DNA of 64,000 nucleotides from positions 1,299,868 through 1,363,867 of the forward strand of contig ML992507.1 in the NCBI GenBank assembly GCA_010093995.1, in the 5' to 3' direction. Each line of letters starts with the position of its first letter. Position 1 is the first letter of the stretch. The position numbers and the translations under genes were made by a program. Below are positions 62,030 to 64,000 of the stretch, piece by piece. The notes under the pieces are model-generated. The model worked only from the letters and a program-made list of their open reading frames with translations. It was not told the origin of the DNA and did no database searches. The stretch is from Elsinoe ampelina (Eukaryota).

Positions 62030-62650
62030 CTAAGGCACCTTCCAAAACGCCTTCTCCACCTTCTCCTCCCTCACCTCCCAGACATCCTCACTACTCCTCC
62101 CCCCGGCCCTGCGCTCCCTCTCCCTCCCCTCCCTCTCCTCGTAATACCTCGCGATCGCCTCCCCCTTCTCCTTCTCCCCCCAGCTCTTGGTGCGCATGCA
62201 GAACCAGAACGCGTCCCAGTGCTCGCTGCAGGGCTGGAGGGATCCGAAGCGGTAGATGTCGTTGAATTTGCCGCCGAGGCTGGCGCAGTAGAAGGCGCTG
62301 TCGAAGAGGGTCCGGCAGGACATGGTGCGGGGGCGGAGGGAGGCCGGGGAGATGTCGGAGGGGGAGCGGGTCCAGGGTGTTGGGGGGGGAGGAGGAGATG
62401 GGGAGGTGCTGGTGGTGGTGGAAGGGGAGTCGGGGGTTGGGGGGGAGTCGAGGGAGGCGAGGAAAGCGGTGAGTTCGGCTTCGGCTTGTTCGTCGCGGTT
62501 GGGGGGTCGGGAGGTGGGGGTTGTGGGTGGGAGGAGGGAACTGGGTTGGGTTGTGGATGGTGGTGGTGGTGGTGATGTGGATGAGGGTGTGGGTGTCGAG
62601 GGGTCGGAGGGTGTGGATGAGGGTGAGGAGGCGAAGGGCCACCAGCCCAT
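62030..62650 (-). CDS. Emi1-like twin Cx9C protein
   Basis: MSCRTLFDSAFYC...PCSEHWDAFWFCMR (two Cx9C) and SSEDVWEVR. Confidence 0.82.
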   Translation of the reverse strand: MGWWPFASSPSSTPSDPSTPTPSSTSPPPPPSTTQPSSLLPPTTPTSRPPNRDEQAEAELTAFLASLDSPPTPDSPSTTTSTSPSPPPPPTPWTRSPSDISPASLRPRTMSCRTLFDSAFYCASLGGKFNDIYRFGSLQPCSEHWDAFWFCMRTKSWGEKEKGEAIARYYEEREGRERERRAGGRSSEDVWEVREEKVEKAFWKVP

Positions 62651-62911
62651 GTTTGCGGATGATGTGAATGTTCCTGGATATGTATGCCAGAGATAAGGCT
62701 GCTGTGTGAGAGTGACAATTGCTATGATGTGGTTGCTGATCCCAAAATTTTAGCTTTTGGTAAAGATGAAGCTTTGGGCGGAACGGGCGCGCCGCTGACG
62801 AGCATGTGACTGACCAAGTTTCGCGACCTTGCGAGCATGATTCTTCAGAACAAACTTCAAACTTCTCGGATATGATCACCATCTTGGATAGATACTCGTG
62901 AACAGGATGCC

Positions 62912-64000
62912 ATGTTGACGCGACAGATCTGGCGTGGCCGGGGCTGCGCTCTGCAGCAACAACGACTACTCCGCCGACCAGGACCACAAGGTCATGCCTG
63001 GCGAAGATGCGCTTCCTCGGAGACTGGCGATAACAGAACTGGTCACATAGAAGCTGGACCCAATGAAGGCGTAATCTTCTTCAACAATGTATTTCCACTG
63101 TCATTCCAATGGCTGTTCCGGATACCCTTCTTCACTGGCGAGATCACTGCATCACGACTACTAAAGTCGTCGTTTGGGAATGATCCAACCCAGGTCATGA
63201 ATGCTGCTCGAGATGGATTGACCACCGAGGCCGGAAAAGCGCCTGCAGAAATCATTGAAGTGCTGCCACGGATGAAGGAAGGGGGGGCATTTATCAAATT
63301 CTCCCATTCTGGTAGCACTACCCCTGGTCAGATACAGGAGACTGTCTCCAAGTACTTGCGGGAGAAGAGCGTGCGCCGTCCACTTCTCTCGTTCCATGGC
63401 GTGTCAGCAGGACTAGTCAAAGGCAAGCCTTGGGTAGAGGACTTGCATCGGCTGCCCAGCCAGAGGGTAAAGGTCGAGTTCTGCCCAACCACACCTGGAG
63501 AGCAAGCCGCAGAGTTGTCTCAGGAGGATCTCTACAGCTTCTTCAGACCGTATGGAAAGCTCGCCGATATCATCTCCCAGCCACAAGATTCCAAGGTCGT
63601 GCCTAGATACGCCTACCTGGACTATGCAATCACGCGAGAAGCGGTAATGGCCAAGAACTGCATGCACGGGTTTATCTTGGGCGAGTCACAGGGGGGAGGC
63701 AAGACTGGCACGCTTCTTAGGCTCTCGTACGAAAAGAAGCAACGCACGCGATGGATCTGGGACTGGATCAGTGGTCACACCAGGATTGTCATCCCGCTAC
63801 TTGCTGCACTGGTCGCGACCATTACGGTCACTGTCTTTGATCCTATCAGGACATTCTCCATCAAAACCCACATCACAAGATCTCTACATCTTGAAAATTA
63901 CAAGATCTTCAGATGGCTACGCAGTCGGACGCAAGACTTCGTCGACACATTTAAGAAGCGTATTGGCGTGGCAGAGGCGGCGGGCATGCAGGCTATCTGG
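62912..64000 (+). CDS. YME2: Mitochondrial escape protein 2 (Yme2/Prp12), runs off the window end
   Basis: Arg-rich presequence, PRMKEGGAFIKF, LVKGKPWVEDL, RRM LSQEDLYSFFRPYGKL..AKNCMHG, TM segment HTRIVIPLLAAL..VFDPIRTFSIK. Confidence 0.9.
   Translation, partial: MLTRQIWRGRGCALQQQRLLRRPGPQGHAWRRCASSETGDNRTGHIEAGPNEGVIFFNNVFPLSFQWLFRIPFFTGEITASRLLKSSFGNDPTQVMNAARDGLTTEAGKAPAEIIEVLPRMKEGGAFIKFSHSGSTTPGQIQETVSKYLREKSVRRPLLSFHGVSAGLVKGKPWVEDLHRLPSQRVKVEFCPTTPGEQAAELSQEDLYSFFRPYGKLADIISQPQDSKVVPRYAYLDYAITREAVMAKNCMHGFILGESQGGGKTGTLLRLSYEKKQRTRWIWDWISGHTRIVIPLLAALVATITVTVFDPIRTFSIKTHITRSLHLENYKIFRWLRSRTQDFVDTFKKRIGVAEAAGMQAIW

Overview
Filamentous ascomycete (Pezizomycotina-type) genomic window with two compartments. 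(1) 1 to ~17,290 is an AT/TpA-rich block degraded by repeat-induced point mutation (RIP). It holds a near-complete minus-strand Ty3/Gypsy chromovirus (gag, C2H2-like finger, protease, RT, RNase H, integrase, chromodomain) followed by two long unexplained same-strand reading frames. It also holds a 5'-truncated plus-strand chromovirus whose 3' region carries a spliced antisense Cys-rich gene before the PPT and 3' LTR, plus unclassified remnants. (2) ~17,450 to 64,000 is gene-dense euchromatin: 14-3-3-like protein, FAD oxidoreductase, small Cys-motif protein, Rad5/HLTF-like helicase, pectinesterase, VPS25, a decayed adenylation-domain pseudogene, SDR, SWIRM protein, Cdc50/Lem3, M43 metalloprotease, glutamate synthase, Ctf4/SepB, Chz1, a WD40 protein, ATG8, NCE101-like, Hsp70, EMI1-like and YME2 (partial). 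A non-coding degenerate 21-22 bp tandem array with higher-order structure lies between the converging metalloprotease and GLT1 genes. All calls come from manual translation and motif recognition; no searches were run.
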